Source: a bacterium (GTDB lineage: Bacteria > Patescibacteriota > Microgenomatia > UBA1400 > UBA12108). Taken from it: a stretch of DNA of 64,000 nt. The notes under the pieces were generated by a model. That model saw nothing but the letters and a program-made list of their open reading frames with translations, had not been told where the DNA came from and did no database searches. Location: the NCBI GenBank assembly GCA_021788365.1, contig JAJYKS010000002.1:96521-160520 (forward strand), written 5' to 3'. Positions 9,360 to 18,811 of the stretch are shown here, piece after piece. A program made the translations under genes and the position numbers. How positions within the stretch are numbered: position 1 is the stretch's first letter; every line of letters begins with the position of its first letter.

Positions 9360-11951
9360 ATGTTAAAGATAACATCTCTACAAATAATTCTTTCTAAATA
9401 TACCTTTCGTTTGTTTGTTTTTGTTAATCCATATATCACACCTCTAAAAATAGCAGTTGTTGCGACGGTTGCGCTGTATGTGTGCTATCAGCTATTACGA
9501 CTTTATTTCACCATCAAACAACTAAAAGAGAAAAGTATTCTCTTTGAACTTCAGCCACTAAAAAATACTGAGCAATCCTCATATACCACTCAGCAATTAT
9601 TTGCCATTTTGCATGGACTTGCCAAACAGCGATCCTTTATTAATCGATTATTTGATATACAAAAGATCTATGCTTTTGAGATCGTTTCAACAAAGAATGG
9701 AGGAATAACCTATTACACAAGAATTGGCGAAGAAGAGGCTGACTTAGTGAAGAAAACCCTTTTAGCGTATTTGCCAGGAATCAGTGTAAAAGAATCGACT
9801 GATTACTTACAGTTCCTTACCAATCAACACAAACGAATATCAAGTTATAAACTTTCTAGGCACTTTGCATGCCCACTAAAACATCAAGAAGACCTGACGC
9901 TCCATGATCCGATAGCGTATCTAACTGGAAGTATGACTAAACTTACCGAGGATGAACTTATTGCTTTTCAAGTTGTGTTATCTCCGCTTCGCAAGTCTTC
10001 ACTTCCGGCTGTTTCGCGGATTTCTCACCTTATATATTCAGGTAAAGATTTAGTTTCAAACATCGGAAACGATACAGATACAAACCCAGTTATTATTGTT
10101 TTCAAGACTCTGTTTAGAGTAGTACTTCGCGTCCTTATGCTTCCATTTGGCTTATTGGTATTTATCACCACAGACGGACGAGAAGGTCCGGTATTAAGAC
10201 TTCCTACAGATATAGCACCGCTTAAAACCCCCAATCCATATCAGATTGAGCTTGAACAACTTGTAAAACATAAACTTGATCAACAGTTATTCACTTCATC
10301 TGTAAGACTAATGGTAGCGAGCAATAATTACAGCGAACTCAGAAAAAGAGAAAGAGGTTTTCAATCTGCTCTATCTGCGCTGAATAATTCAGACTATCAA
10401 GCTCTTATTCCATCATTTAGGATCACGTTAAAGCTATTTGATCGATTAATGGAGGTTCTTTATAACCATAGATTATTGATACCGACTAAATCATTGATTC
10501 TCTCAGCTACCGAAATTTCTGATCTGTATCACTTTCCCTATACCAGTACGACCAAAACGGAGGATTTACTCAAGCAACATAGTAAAGAACTACCAGCACC
10601 ACTGTCCTTGAAACAGAAGCAGGAATGCGATTTGTACTTTGGAATAAATACCTATGGTGGCACTGAAACAAAAATAGGATTAACGACTGATGAAAGACGA
10701 CGCCATGTCTATATTCTCGGAGCAACGGGCACGGGTAAATCCACCATGCTGTTATCAATGATTAAACAGGACATAGATCATGATAAAGGATTATGTGTCG
10801 TCGATCCTCACGGTGATTTAATCGAACAGATTGTATCCGTTATTCCTCATGGTCGTATTTCTGATGTTGTGTATTTTAACCCAGATGATATTAGCTATCC
10901 GATGGGCATTAACCTCCTTGAATTGACTCCGGGGTTAAATCCGGAAGATGCTATAAGAGAAAAAGAATTTATTGCTGAAAGTATCATCTCGGTTTTCCAT
11001 AAAATTTACACCGATAAATACTCCGGCCCAAGAATGGAATATATTTTGCGCAATACGATTCACACCGCCTTTACCGTGCCGGATGTAACCTTGTTTACCG
11101 TCTACAAACTTCTGATAAATACCTCATATAGAAAAGGGGTTGTGAGAGGACTTACCGATGAAAACCTCAAGGACTTCTGGAAATATGAATTTGCAAAAGC
11201 CGGTGATTACCAGAAAGTGAAGATGATTTCTCCGATTACTAACAAAATCGGGCGCTTCCTATTTTCTCCGACTGCAAAACGAATTCTTGAACAAGGCAAG
11301 TCGACAATTAACTTTGACACAATCATGAACGAAGGTAAGATTCTGCTTTGTAATCTATCGAAAGGAAAAGTTGGCGAGGATAATTCCGAAGTCTTCGGCG
11401 TACTTATCATGGCTAAGATCCAGTTGGCCGCTTTAAAAAGAGCCAGGATGAAGCAAGAAAATAGAAAAGATTTCTACCTATACGTTGATGAGTTCCAAAA
11501 CTTTGCCACTCCTGCGTTTGCCCAGATTCTCTCAGAAGCTCGTAAGTATCGATTAGGTGCAATTCTCGCTCACCAAACCACTTCACAACTTGAAGATATC
11601 TCGCTCGTAAATATTACCCTGGCCAATACTGGTACAGTCATTTGTTTCCGTACGGCTAATCCAGAGGATGAACGGATGATCTTGCCACAATTCAGGCCAT
11701 ATATTGAACAAGGTGAAATTGCCAGTCTTCCTTCATACCATTTTTACATGAGACTTGGAGCACTTAATCCTGAAGAGCCGTTTTCAGGCGTTACTGTTCC
11801 GGTGAAGATTGAATACAGTCAAAATAGGGTGAATGAGGTTATTGAATCGTCCAGAAAATTGTATGCCAAATCCTATACTCCCGAGAAACAATCATCAGTC
11901 AAAAAACCTACGAATCAAGCTATTCAAAAGATCTATGCTACAGTGCCATAA
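9360..11951 (+). CDS. Type IV secretion coupling protein (VirD4/TraG/TraD-like T4CP) with a large N-terminal membrane/extracytoplasmic domain
   Basis: 863 aa. Two TM segments are separated by a ~190-aa loop. Walker A is YILGATGTGKST followed by VDPHGD. The C-terminal TraG-D_C-like region reads YVDEFQNFATPAFAQILSEARKYRLGAILAHQTTSQL. A close paralog begins at 62169. Confidence 0.7.
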   Translation: MLKITSLQIILSKYTFRLFVFVNPYITPLKIAVVATVALYVCYQLLRLYFTIKQLKEKSILFELQPLKNTEQSSYTTQQLFAILHGLAKQRSFINRLFDIQKIYAFEIVSTKNGGITYYTRIGEEEADLVKKTLLAYLPGISVKESTDYLQFLTNQHKRISSYKLSRHFACPLKHQEDLTLHDPIAYLTGSMTKLTEDELIAFQVVLSPLRKSSLPAVSRISHLIYSGKDLVSNIGNDTDTNPVIIVFKTLFRVVLRVLMLPFGLLVFITTDGREGPVLRLPTDIAPLKTPNPYQIELEQLVKHKLDQQLFTSSVRLMVASNNYSELRKRERGFQSALSALNNSDYQALIPSFRITLKLFDRLMEVLYNHRLLIPTKSLILSATEISDLYHFPYTSTTKTEDLLKQHSKELPAPLSLKQKQECDLYFGINTYGGTETKIGLTTDERRRHVYILGATGTGKSTMLLSMIKQDIDHDKGLCVVDPHGDLIEQIVSVIPHGRISDVVYFNPDDISYPMGINLLELTPGLNPEDAIREKEFIAESIISVFHKIYTDKYSGPRMEYILRNTIHTAFTVPDVTLFTVYKLLINTSYRKGVVRGLTDENLKDFWKYEFAKAGDYQKVKMISPITNKIGRFLFSPTAKRILEQGKSTINFDTIMNEGKILLCNLSKGKVGEDNSEVFGVLIMAKIQLAALKRARMKQENRKDFYLYVDEFQNFATPAFAQILSEARKYRLGAILAHQTTSQLEDISLVNITLANTGTVICFRTANPEDERMILPQFRPYIEQGEIASLPSYHFYMRLGALNPEEPFSGVTVPVKIEYSQNRVNEVIESSRKLYAKSYTPEKQSSVKKPTNQAIQKIYATVP

Positions 11952-11954
11952 CTT

Positions 11955-12085
11955 TACCTACCGGTAGGAAAACACTATTTTGAGATTAGCCCGATTTATA
12001 GACCTTTTTACTTTTTATTTTTACCCCTTATTCCTTATATATAAGGGAGAGGAATGATACAATCATTCCAGATTCTGCCCACAGA
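11955..12085. promoter_or_regulatory. Candidate origin of transfer (oriT) or control region rich in palindromes
   Basis: Perfect palindromes CCTACCGGTAGG (11957-11968) and CCTTATATATAAGG (12033-12046) plus hairpin GGAATGAT-aca-ATCATTCC (12051-12069). The region lies between the T4CP gene and the replication-relaxation family gene. Confidence 0.35.
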
Positions 12086-12091
12086 CACACT

Positions 12092-12865
12092 ATGGACAAT
12101 CAAAAACTAACTACCACACAATTAAACATTCTTCACTATATCTATCGCTTTCGCTTCTTAACCAGTCTACAACTTCAAAAACTTCTTACTCACAAAAATA
12201 TCCGCCTGACTAACTACTACCTACAATTACTCACTGCAAAAAATTACATCGGCAAACACTATACTCGGTCACTCAGTCTAGCTAATATACCCGCGGTCTA
12301 TTTTCTTACCTCAGGAAGTATTCAAGTGTTAGAGAATACCGACGGAATCGAAAAACGAGCATTGAATCGGATCTATCGAGAAAAAATCCGCTCTCAACAA
12401 TTTATATCCCATACATCATTTTTAGCGGAGTACTATCTATTTCTGAGAAGTGAATCTGAAAAATCAAAGCACACACTCGATTTTTTCACGAAAACCGATC
12501 TTTTAGCACATCCCTACATAATCCATCCATTACCCGATGGTTATTTTGCGAGGGTCGATAACGTAGGCAACACTAAGCGATATTTTGTTGAAGTTATCGA
12601 GGATAGTTCACCTCGGTTTGCCTTACGTAAAAGAGTTCAGGCGTATTGTGATTATATTGATGAAGGAAAATTTGAGAGGGCCACAAGCCATCCGTTTCCG
12701 GTGATCCTCTTTATATGTCCGGGTATAGCGAGCCTTATATACCTAAAGAAACACATATCACGAATGTATGAAGAAATATCATTTGACCAAGTTGATATTT
12801 ATATCGCCACCCGTGAGGGTGCGTTTTCCGGAAAATGGGAAAAGGTGGAAGCAGAAGATGACTAA
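12092..12865 (+). CDS. Replication-relaxation (Replic_Relax) family protein; putative relaxase or mobilisation protein
   Basis: 257 aa with an N-terminal winged-helix-like segment (LTTTQLNILHYIYRFRFLTSLQLQKLL). Size and position next to the T4CP fit Replic_Relax proteins of Gram-positive ICEs. Family assignment is from memory. Confidence 0.4.
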   Translation: MDNQKLTTTQLNILHYIYRFRFLTSLQLQKLLTHKNIRLTNYYLQLLTAKNYIGKHYTRSLSLANIPAVYFLTSGSIQVLENTDGIEKRALNRIYREKIRSQQFISHTSFLAEYYLFLRSESEKSKHTLDFFTKTDLLAHPYIIHPLPDGYFARVDNVGNTKRYFVEVIEDSSPRFALRKRVQAYCDYIDEGKFERATSHPFPVILFICPGIASLIYLKKHISRMYEEISFDQVDIYIATREGAFSGKWEKVEAEDD

Positions 12866-13360
12866 TTACGGCATGAAAAAGTAGTTATATTCATCAAACG
12901 GAAAGTGTCCGGCCGGTTTGTTCAAGAGTAGATCAGCCAATTCCCAGGCGGTCATATTTTCTGAAATTCTGTACTCTGCGTTTGTGTCGATTGAGCCGTT
13001 ACCGATCTTGATTGCTTTGTCGCTTGGCGTGGAGTCTTTAGTGTGTTCTAGAGCCAACTTGAATGCTTTTTCATCCCGTATAAAACCATAATAAAAAAGA
13101 TTACCTATAAGAGCGTTAAGGGTAACGTCTTTGTTTATTCGTAAATCTACCGTTCCGTCCACTCCTGGCCTCGATCTGATTTTTTCAGCCTCAGCTACAG
13201 GCATATGGAGGCGTTCAATAAAATAATCTTCTACTTTCTTAGCTGATTTCCAGTCTTTCCCTGGAGCCTTAAAATTTTCTACGTTTGGTTTAGTAATTAA
13301 AGAATAACCACCTAATACTAACAATAAAAACACGACCAATATACTGATTTTCCTGATCAT
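12866..13360 (-). CDS. Membrane-anchored or secreted hypothetical protein
   Basis: 164 aa with an N-terminal hydrophobic segment (ISILVVFLLLVLGGYSLI). No catalytic motif recognised. Confidence 0.4.
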   Translation of the reverse strand: MIRKISILVVFLLLVLGGYSLITKPNVENFKAPGKDWKSAKKVEDYFIERLHMPVAEAEKIRSRPGVDGTVDLRINKDVTLNALIGNLFYYGFIRDEKAFKLALEHTKDSTPSDKAIKIGNGSIDTNAEYRISENMTAWELADLLLNKPAGHFPFDEYNYFFMP

Positions 13361-13643
13361 GCCCTTATTATAGACCTTCTAAGCTAGACGCTTTCTTTTC
13401 GGCCGAGAAACCTATTCAGCTCCCTACGTCCTTCTTCTGTTTGACGAAACTCATAAAACAACTTAGCGCCTTTATCTGTTAAAAATGACACATATACAGG
13501 TAAATCATTGAGTGACATTTTTCTAAATTCCTGCAACCGTCATATCGACGGTGTAACTTTTAAAAACTGGTAGTATTCTGATCATATTTTTATTCCTTTC
13601 TAATCCCATCCGCTGGATTGCTAGGCCAGCGAATGGGTAACTT

Positions 13644-13958
13644 TTATAATTTGGCACTTGGTACAACCTCACTGATCCGCTTTTCATCAAAATACAAATC
13701 ACGCTCTATCCCTAGACCGAATTGTCCGCGGTAGCTTTCGAGCTCTGCCAGTGAAAATGAACCCCATTCGTCATTCCAATCCCCAAAGATTGAAACGTAT
13801 CCGAAAAATTCCTTTGACACTGGATCATATTCGGTGGCGTACCATGTACCCGCTCCGGCTGGGTTGAAAAACTTCGCCACTACAACGGGGTCTTTGCTGT
13901 CCTCTTGTCTTCCAATCTTCGCGAACCTCATTAGTAGCTCGTTGGTTAATAGCTTCAT
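13644..13958 (-). CDS. DUF2958-family protein (plasmid/ICE associated)
   Basis: 104 aa with the motifs VVAKFFNPAGAGTWYATEYDP and FGDWNDEWGSFSLAELES characteristic of DUF2958. Confidence 0.55.
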   Translation of the reverse strand: MKLLTNELLMRFAKIGRQEDSKDPVVVAKFFNPAGAGTWYATEYDPVSKEFFGYVSIFGDWNDEWGSFSLAELESYRGQFGLGIERDLYFDEKRISEVVPSAKL

Positions 13959-14005
13959 ATGTTGTCACCTCCTTTTTTTTGGGTTTTCCCTGATAATTTA
14001 TTTTT

Positions 14006-14152
14006 GGGAAGCATGCCCATGCTTCCCATACCAGGGGAACCCTCAAGCGAGGTGAAATTTTGCAAGGGCAATCCCGCCATAGGCGGGAGCAGTTTATTGA
14101 AGGCGAAGCCGGAAACCCTTGCAAAATGAGGGGCAAGACCCCTAGAGACTCG
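14006..14152. repeat. Copy A of a ~140-nt hairpin-rich repeated element
   Basis: Perfect hairpin GGAAGCATG-CC-CATGCTTCC. Long-range stem TTTTGCAAGGG...CCCTTGCAAAA. Internal hairpins CCCGCC-ATA-GGCGGG, GGC-GAA-GCC and AGGGG-CAAGA-CCCCT. Related copies lie at 24031-24165 and 28172-28222. Confidence 0.6.
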
Positions 14153-14233
14153 ATAAATATCTGAAAAACATATTTAATTGCTTGACTCACAGAACAGTAT
14201 GGGAGTAATATATGAATATAGATTCATATTACT

Positions 14234-14590
14234 ATGTCAGACACAAATCCAGTGCGTTTACAGAAACTTTTAAAGCTTATTTCCAATGAGAATAAGTTCA
14301 ACATTATCCAACTTCTTTCCAAAGGAGAGGTTTGTGTGTGTGATATCGGCGAGAAACTAGGCATCGAGCAGTCATTAGTTTCTCACCATTTAAATTCGCT
14401 TCGAAAAGCCGGACTTATTAACGATCGCAAACTTGGAACTTGGATACACTGCTCATTAAACAGAAATGCGTTCGCAGACTTAATGTCCCTGTTTTATATG
14501 CACTTAAGTCAGGATGCGATATCGGAAAAAATGTGTTGCGTACACGATGAATGTAAATGTTTACGTAAAGGAGCAAAAAATGAAAAATAA
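14234..14590 (+). CDS. arsR: ArsR-family arsenic-responsive repressor
   Basis: 118 aa with a winged HTH and an As(III)-binding ELCVCDL-like motif (GEVCVCDIGE). It is the first gene of the ars operon. Confidence 0.8.
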   Translation: MSDTNPVRLQKLLKLISNENKFNIIQLLSKGEVCVCDIGEKLGIEQSLVSHHLNSLRKAGLINDRKLGTWIHCSLNRNAFADLMSLFYMHLSQDAISEKMCCVHDECKCLRKGAKNEK

Positions 14591-14894
14591 AATCATTATT
14601 TACGATCCACCTATGTGTTGTTCTTCAGGGGTTTGTGGACCTAATCCAAATAGAACCTTGCTTGATTTTCAAGACACCTTCAAACATTTAGTCCAAAATG
14701 GGGAATTGATTGAACGCTACATCATTACCCAAAGTCCAGAGAAATTTAAGGAAAATCCGAAAATTATTAAGCTAATCCAAGACCAAAAGTTAAAAGTTCT
14801 TCCTATTACTACAGTCAATGGAGACGTAGTAAAAACCGGATCGTATCCAACTAAAGAAGAACTTGAAAGTTATTTAGTAATTAGAAAAGCATAA
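14580..14894 (+). CDS. arsD: Arsenic metallochaperone/repressor ArsD
   Basis: N-terminus MKNKIIIYDPPMCCSSGVCGP matches the ArsD Cys12-Cys13-Cys18 motif. An RBS (aaggagc) precedes the ATG at 14580. The ORF-track start at 14514 is probably too far upstream. Confidence 0.8.
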   Translation: MKNKIIIYDPPMCCSSGVCGPNPNRTLLDFQDTFKHLVQNGELIERYIITQSPEKFKENPKIIKLIQDQKLKVLPITTVNGDVVKTGSYPTKEELESYLVIRKA

Positions 14895-14897
14895 AGC

Positions 14898-16748
14898 ATG
14901 AATACAAAATTCTTATTTTTCTCAGGTAAAGGCGGGGTGGGTAAAACAACCATGTCTTGTGCCACTGCCATTCATTATGCCAATGAAGGTAAAAAGACAT
15001 TAATTATTACCACTGACCCGGCTTCGAATCTTGCGGATGTATTTGAACAAACAATTGGCCATAAAATTACTCCCATCAAAACAATCTGGAACCTTTCAGC
15101 TATGGAGCTCGATCCGGATAAGGCTACAGCAGAGTATAAAGAACGGACGTTATCCCCTTTGCGAGGACTTATCCCAGAAGAAAGTTTTGCCGTTCTTGAA
15201 GAACAATTAAACTCACCGTGTACCGCAGAAATGGCCTCTTTTGACCGCTTTACTGATTTTGTGCAGGATGGTCAGTTTGATATTGTCATTTTTGATACCG
15301 CTCCGACCGGTCATACATTGCGTTTACTTGAGTTGCCGGTGGAATGGAGTGGGGTGATTGAAAAAGCAGCTAATGATAGTAGCGGTGGACAAACCTGTAT
15401 TGGTCCTGCGGCAGCGTTGGCAGCCTCCAAAGCCAAGTTTGATCGAGCTATCACTGTCATGCGAGATCCCAGAATTACAACTTTTCTATTCGTTCTGCGC
15501 CCCGAATCAACACCAATCTATGAAGCTGAGCGCTCTATTTCCGAGCTGAATAAGTTAGATATTCACTCGTTGGAGATCATCGTCAACGGAGTCTATCCAG
15601 CAGAAGCTTGTGACAATCCCTTCATGACTGCGCGGTTTATGAAACAACAGGAGTTTTTAAAGGCAATTAACCAGAAGTTTTCGGTTCCCGCTCGAATCGT
15701 TGAATTAGGCTCCGAAGAAATCAAAGGAGTTGAACGTCTAGCTTCAATTGCCGTCAAACTCTTTGATAATCCAACAGAACTGATAGATTATCAATACAAA
15801 AATCTGGAGGTGAAAGAATCGTCTGCAACTCATGGTTATGTTTTACCCAACGAAAACATAAAGAAATTGCTCACCCCCTTAAATGAGAAGAAACGGGTGA
15901 TCTTTTTTGCCGGTAAAGGCGGTGTGGGTAAGACCTCGATTTCCGCCGCTACCGCTCTCTGGGTGGCCCAAGCCGGATACAAGACATTATTGTTAACCAC
16001 TGATCCAGCCTCTCACTTAAAACAGATTTTTGATCAAGAAGTCACTGACAAACCTACTCTGGTGAACGGAGAGAAAAATTTATGGTTTACACATATTGAC
16101 GCTAAAAAAGCGGTAGAAGAATACAAGGAGAAAATTCTCTCTGAGGCTCGAACTAAATATGATAAAGATCGCGTCACTGCTATTGAAGAGGAGCTAAACT
16201 CACCCTGTACCGAAGAAATGGCCACCTTTGAAAAATTTATTGAGTTTGTCGCCCGAAAAGACTTTGAGGTAATTGTATTTGACACGGCTCCCACTGGTCA
16301 TACGTTACGATTGCTCGAATTACCCGTGGACTGGAACAGGCAATTGGAAATTAAAACTTTTACCACAACAGGTGAAACCGATGTCGATAAGATAACTAAG
16401 TCTAAATTTAAGGAAGTGATTGATCTGCTTCAGGATCCAGATCAGACTACATTTAGTTTTGTTATGTATCCGGAAGCAACACCAATTGAAGAAGCATCTA
16501 GGGCGATTAAGGAACTCTTAACCATCAGCGTCCCTACTAGTCTGATTGCGGCTAACTTAATTCTTTCCGAAACTATTGTTACCAATGAGTATTTACGGCA
16601 ACGAAAGGCCATGCAGGAGAAATATCTAGCTGTAATGGCTAAACGCTTTACAGCCCCCATCGTTACTCTCCCACTCCTAAAAGAAGATTTAATGGGCAAA
16701 GATCGATTGCGTGAAGCTGGTTATCTATTGTATGGAAAATTAAACTAA
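14898..16748 (+). CDS. arsA: Arsenite-transporting ATPase ArsA (duplicated halves)
   Basis: 616 aa with two P-loops (GKGGVGKTT twice) and two TDPASNL/TDPASHL motifs. A metalloid-binding Cys is present. Confidence 0.9.
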   Translation: MNTKFLFFSGKGGVGKTTMSCATAIHYANEGKKTLIITTDPASNLADVFEQTIGHKITPIKTIWNLSAMELDPDKATAEYKERTLSPLRGLIPEESFAVLEEQLNSPCTAEMASFDRFTDFVQDGQFDIVIFDTAPTGHTLRLLELPVEWSGVIEKAANDSSGGQTCIGPAAALAASKAKFDRAITVMRDPRITTFLFVLRPESTPIYEAERSISELNKLDIHSLEIIVNGVYPAEACDNPFMTARFMKQQEFLKAINQKFSVPARIVELGSEEIKGVERLASIAVKLFDNPTELIDYQYKNLEVKESSATHGYVLPNENIKKLLTPLNEKKRVIFFAGKGGVGKTSISAATALWVAQAGYKTLLLTTDPASHLKQIFDQEVTDKPTLVNGEKNLWFTHIDAKKAVEEYKEKILSEARTKYDKDRVTAIEEELNSPCTEEMATFEKFIEFVARKDFEVIVFDTAPTGHTLRLLELPVDWNRQLEIKTFTTTGETDVDKITKSKFKEVIDLLQDPDQTTFSFVMYPEATPIEEASRAIKELLTISVPTSLIAANLILSETIVTNEYLRQRKAMQEKYLAVMAKRFTAPIVTLPLLKEDLMGKDRLREAGYLLYGKLN

Positions 16749-16753
16749 AACGT

Positions 16754-17116
16754 ATGAACGACCAACTTTTACAACTTGTCCGTGGTTTTTCTCAAGAATT
16801 GGTAAATGAAATACCTGAATTTCAGGAACTCATTCAAGCGAAACAGGCACTCGATAGAGATCCGGTGTCACAACGATTATGGCAAGAAAAGGAAGAGCAA
16901 CGACAAACTGTAGACTTACTAAAAAAACAAGGTTTACCAGTATCAACCGAACAGGAGCAGAGATTGTTTCAAAAACTCCAAGAGATGCGGGAGAACCCTA
17001 TCACGATGCGATATCTTAAGGCTATCAATTTTGCTAATAAAATATCAGGCAAAATCGGCGCCGAATTATTTGATTTTATCGGGGTTGACTTTGCCCCAAG
17101 AAAGGGGTGTGCATAA
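16754..17116 (+). CDS. YlbF/YmcA (UPF0342)-like protein ending in a Cys motif
   Basis: 120 aa helical protein with the YlbF-like pattern (EFQELIQAKQAL...PVSQRLWQEKEE...NPITMRYLKA). The C-terminus reads PRKGCA. Confidence 0.4.
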   Translation: MNDQLLQLVRGFSQELVNEIPEFQELIQAKQALDRDPVSQRLWQEKEEQRQTVDLLKKQGLPVSTEQEQRLFQKLQEMRENPITMRYLKAINFANKISGKIGAELFDFIGVDFAPRKGCA

Positions 17117-17484
17117 TGTCAAAACAAATCTATTCTAAAACAAAAGACTACATTCAATCCTTACTGGATACTGATGAAGTGAAAGCCTATACCAAAGCGG
17201 TTGATGATTTTCAAAACGATATCGAGGCTAAAAAACTACTGAAAGATTTGCAGGAATCACAACAAACGCTTGCTGTATTTCGACAGGGTGGATTTACAGG
17301 TGTAGAAGAACAGGAGCGTAAAGTGAAGCTTTTGCGGAATAAAGTTTCTAAAGATAAAAAAGTTCAAATCTTAATAAGATCACAACAAGAGTTACAAGAT
17401 TTAGTGGGTGCATTGGCGGGAGAAATCAGTCAAGCAATTAATTTCCCATTTGCCCAACCACAACGAGGAGGGTGCTGCGGCTAA
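17107..17484 (+). CDS. Second YlbF/YmcA (UPF0342)-like paralog with a Cys-rich C-terminus
   Basis: 125 aa with the same family pattern (EVKAYTKAVDDFQND...AKKLLKDLQESQQ). The C-terminus reads QRGGCCG. It overlaps the previous gene by 10 nt. Confidence 0.4.
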   Translation: MCIMSKQIYSKTKDYIQSLLDTDEVKAYTKAVDDFQNDIEAKKLLKDLQESQQTLAVFRQGGFTGVEEQERKVKLLRNKVSKDKKVQILIRSQQELQDLVGALAGEISQAINFPFAQPQRGGCCG

Positions 17485-17487
17485 ACT

Positions 17488-18228
17488 ATGAAAAACATTA
17501 AGCAAATAGTCAAAGAAAATTATTGCCAAATCGCCAAGCAAAATAGTTCGTGCTGCGGTGGTGGTTCATGCTGTAATGGTAGTTTGCCAGATTTAAGCAA
17601 AATTATCGGGTATACCGACGAACAGATAACTGAAGTACCGGATGGCGCCAATCTCGGTTTGGGTTGTGGTAACCCACTCGCTTTAGCAACATTGAAACCA
17701 GGAGAAACGGTATTGGATTTGGGCTCAGGAGCTGGCTTTGACGTATTTCTAGCATCTCGGAAAGTAGGATCCAGCGGTAAGGTTATTGGTGTGGATATGA
17801 CTGAAGAAATGATTAAAAAAGCCAGGAAGAATGCTATTACCGGTAAATTTACAAACGTTGAGTTTAAACTGGGAGATATTGAAAATTTACCCGTAGAAAG
17901 TTCAACCATTGATGCAATTATTTCCAATTGTGTCATTAATTTAGCACCGAATAAGAATAAGGTTTTTGCTGAAGCTTACCGAGTACTAAAGCCCGGTGGC
18001 AGATTGATGATCTCCGATGTAGTGTTATCAAAGGAACTACCAGAGAATCTAAAAGGTGACGAAGCACTGCTAACTGGTTGCGTTAGTGGAGCCATTCTAA
18101 AAGAAGACTATTTGCAAATGATAAAGGAAGCTGGATTTAAAGAAGTCAAAATTACCAAGGAAGTGCCGATGTTCATGGAAGCGTATGCACTAAGCATTTC
18201 ATTTACTGCAAAGAAAGTTAATAAATAA
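17488..18228 (+). CDS. arsM: Arsenite S-adenosylmethionine methyltransferase ArsM
   Basis: 246 aa. N-terminal Cys cluster ([10 protein letters not shown]). SAM-binding motif [13 protein letters not shown] and the conserved C-terminal VSGA region. Confidence 0.8.
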   Translation: MKNIKQIVKENYCQIAKQNSSCCGGGSCCNGSLPDLSKIIGYTDEQITEVPDGANLGLGCGNPLALATLKPGETVLDLGSGAGFDVFLASRKVGSSGKVIGVDMTEEMIKKARKNAITGKFTNVEFKLGDIENLPVESSTIDAIISNCVINLAPNKNKVFAEAYRVLKPGGRLMISDVVLSKELPENLKGDEALLTGCVSGAILKEDYLQMIKEAGFKEVKITKEVPMFMEAYALSISFTAKKVNK

Positions 18229-18424
18229 TGAGTAACAAATTATGATAAATATATTTTATTGTCAAAAATGCAAAAGGAAAATGATGATTTCAATAAATAT
18301 GCTGAAGAGTTACAAAATAGAGGTGGCGGATGTTATGTCGATAGAGTGTGCCACGGCTAAACTATGAAAAACACAAATACTTTTATTTGTTGACATTTAC
18401 AATTGTTTTTTATAGCATTAACAT

Positions 18425-18811
18425 ATGTCTTCATCAAAAAAAGTTGATTTAGTGAGTATGGCAGATTCGGCCTGTCAAACGGAAATTCCTCGATATAGAA
18501 AGAATGGAACACCTTTCCTGTCAAATTCTATGCTCATCAATTTTTCAACTTTTGCCCATGCACTTAGCGATAGTATCCGACTTCAAATGCTCTTTTTGTT
18601 GACACAATATCCTGACCTATGTACCTGTGAATTCGAGGAGCTTTTATCTATAAGTCAATCGAAAGTGTCTTATCACCTCAAGATACTCACTGATGCTCAA
18701 CTTGTTTCACGAAAAACGCAAGGAACATGGAGTCACTTTAGTCTTATTCGGAAAGATATTTTTAATGAGCTTCAACCCTTTACTAAATTTAAGAAAAAAA
18801 ACCAATCATAA
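18425..18811 (+). CDS. ArsR/SmtB-family metal-responsive regulator
   Basis: 128 aa with an HTH and a LCTCE metal-site motif. It immediately precedes a P1B ATPase. A candidate promoter TTGACA(18390-18395)-N16-TATAGC lies upstream. Confidence 0.7.
   Translation: MSSSKKVDLVSMADSACQTEIPRYRKNGTPFLSNSMLINFSTFAHALSDSIRLQMLFLLTQYPDLCTCEFEELLSISQSKVSYHLKILTDAQLVSRKTQGTWSHFSLIRKDIFNELQPFTKFKKKNQS

Noticed and set aside
13384-13518. Possible 44-aa minus-strand small ORF (MSLNDLPVYVSFLTDKGAKLFYEFRQTEEGRRELNRFLGRKESV) in the 13361-13643 gap
   Set aside because: It is below the size where the sequence alone is convincing, and no RBS or motif is evident. It is left unannotated but could be a small conjugation accessory protein.
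14514-14579. Upstream extension of arsD given by the ORF table (Met at 14514)
   Set aside because: It would overlap arsR by 77 nt. The ArsD N-terminal MCC...C motif begins right after the ATG at 14580, which has an RBS.
17520-17936. 138-aa minus-strand ORF antisense to arsM and similar antisense ORFs inside the P-type ATPase genes (for example 19863..20189, 43583..44236, 50819..51232)
   Set aside because: They are embedded in conserved CDSs on the opposite strand. Their Ala/Ser/Pro-rich low-complexity translations are typical of antisense frames.
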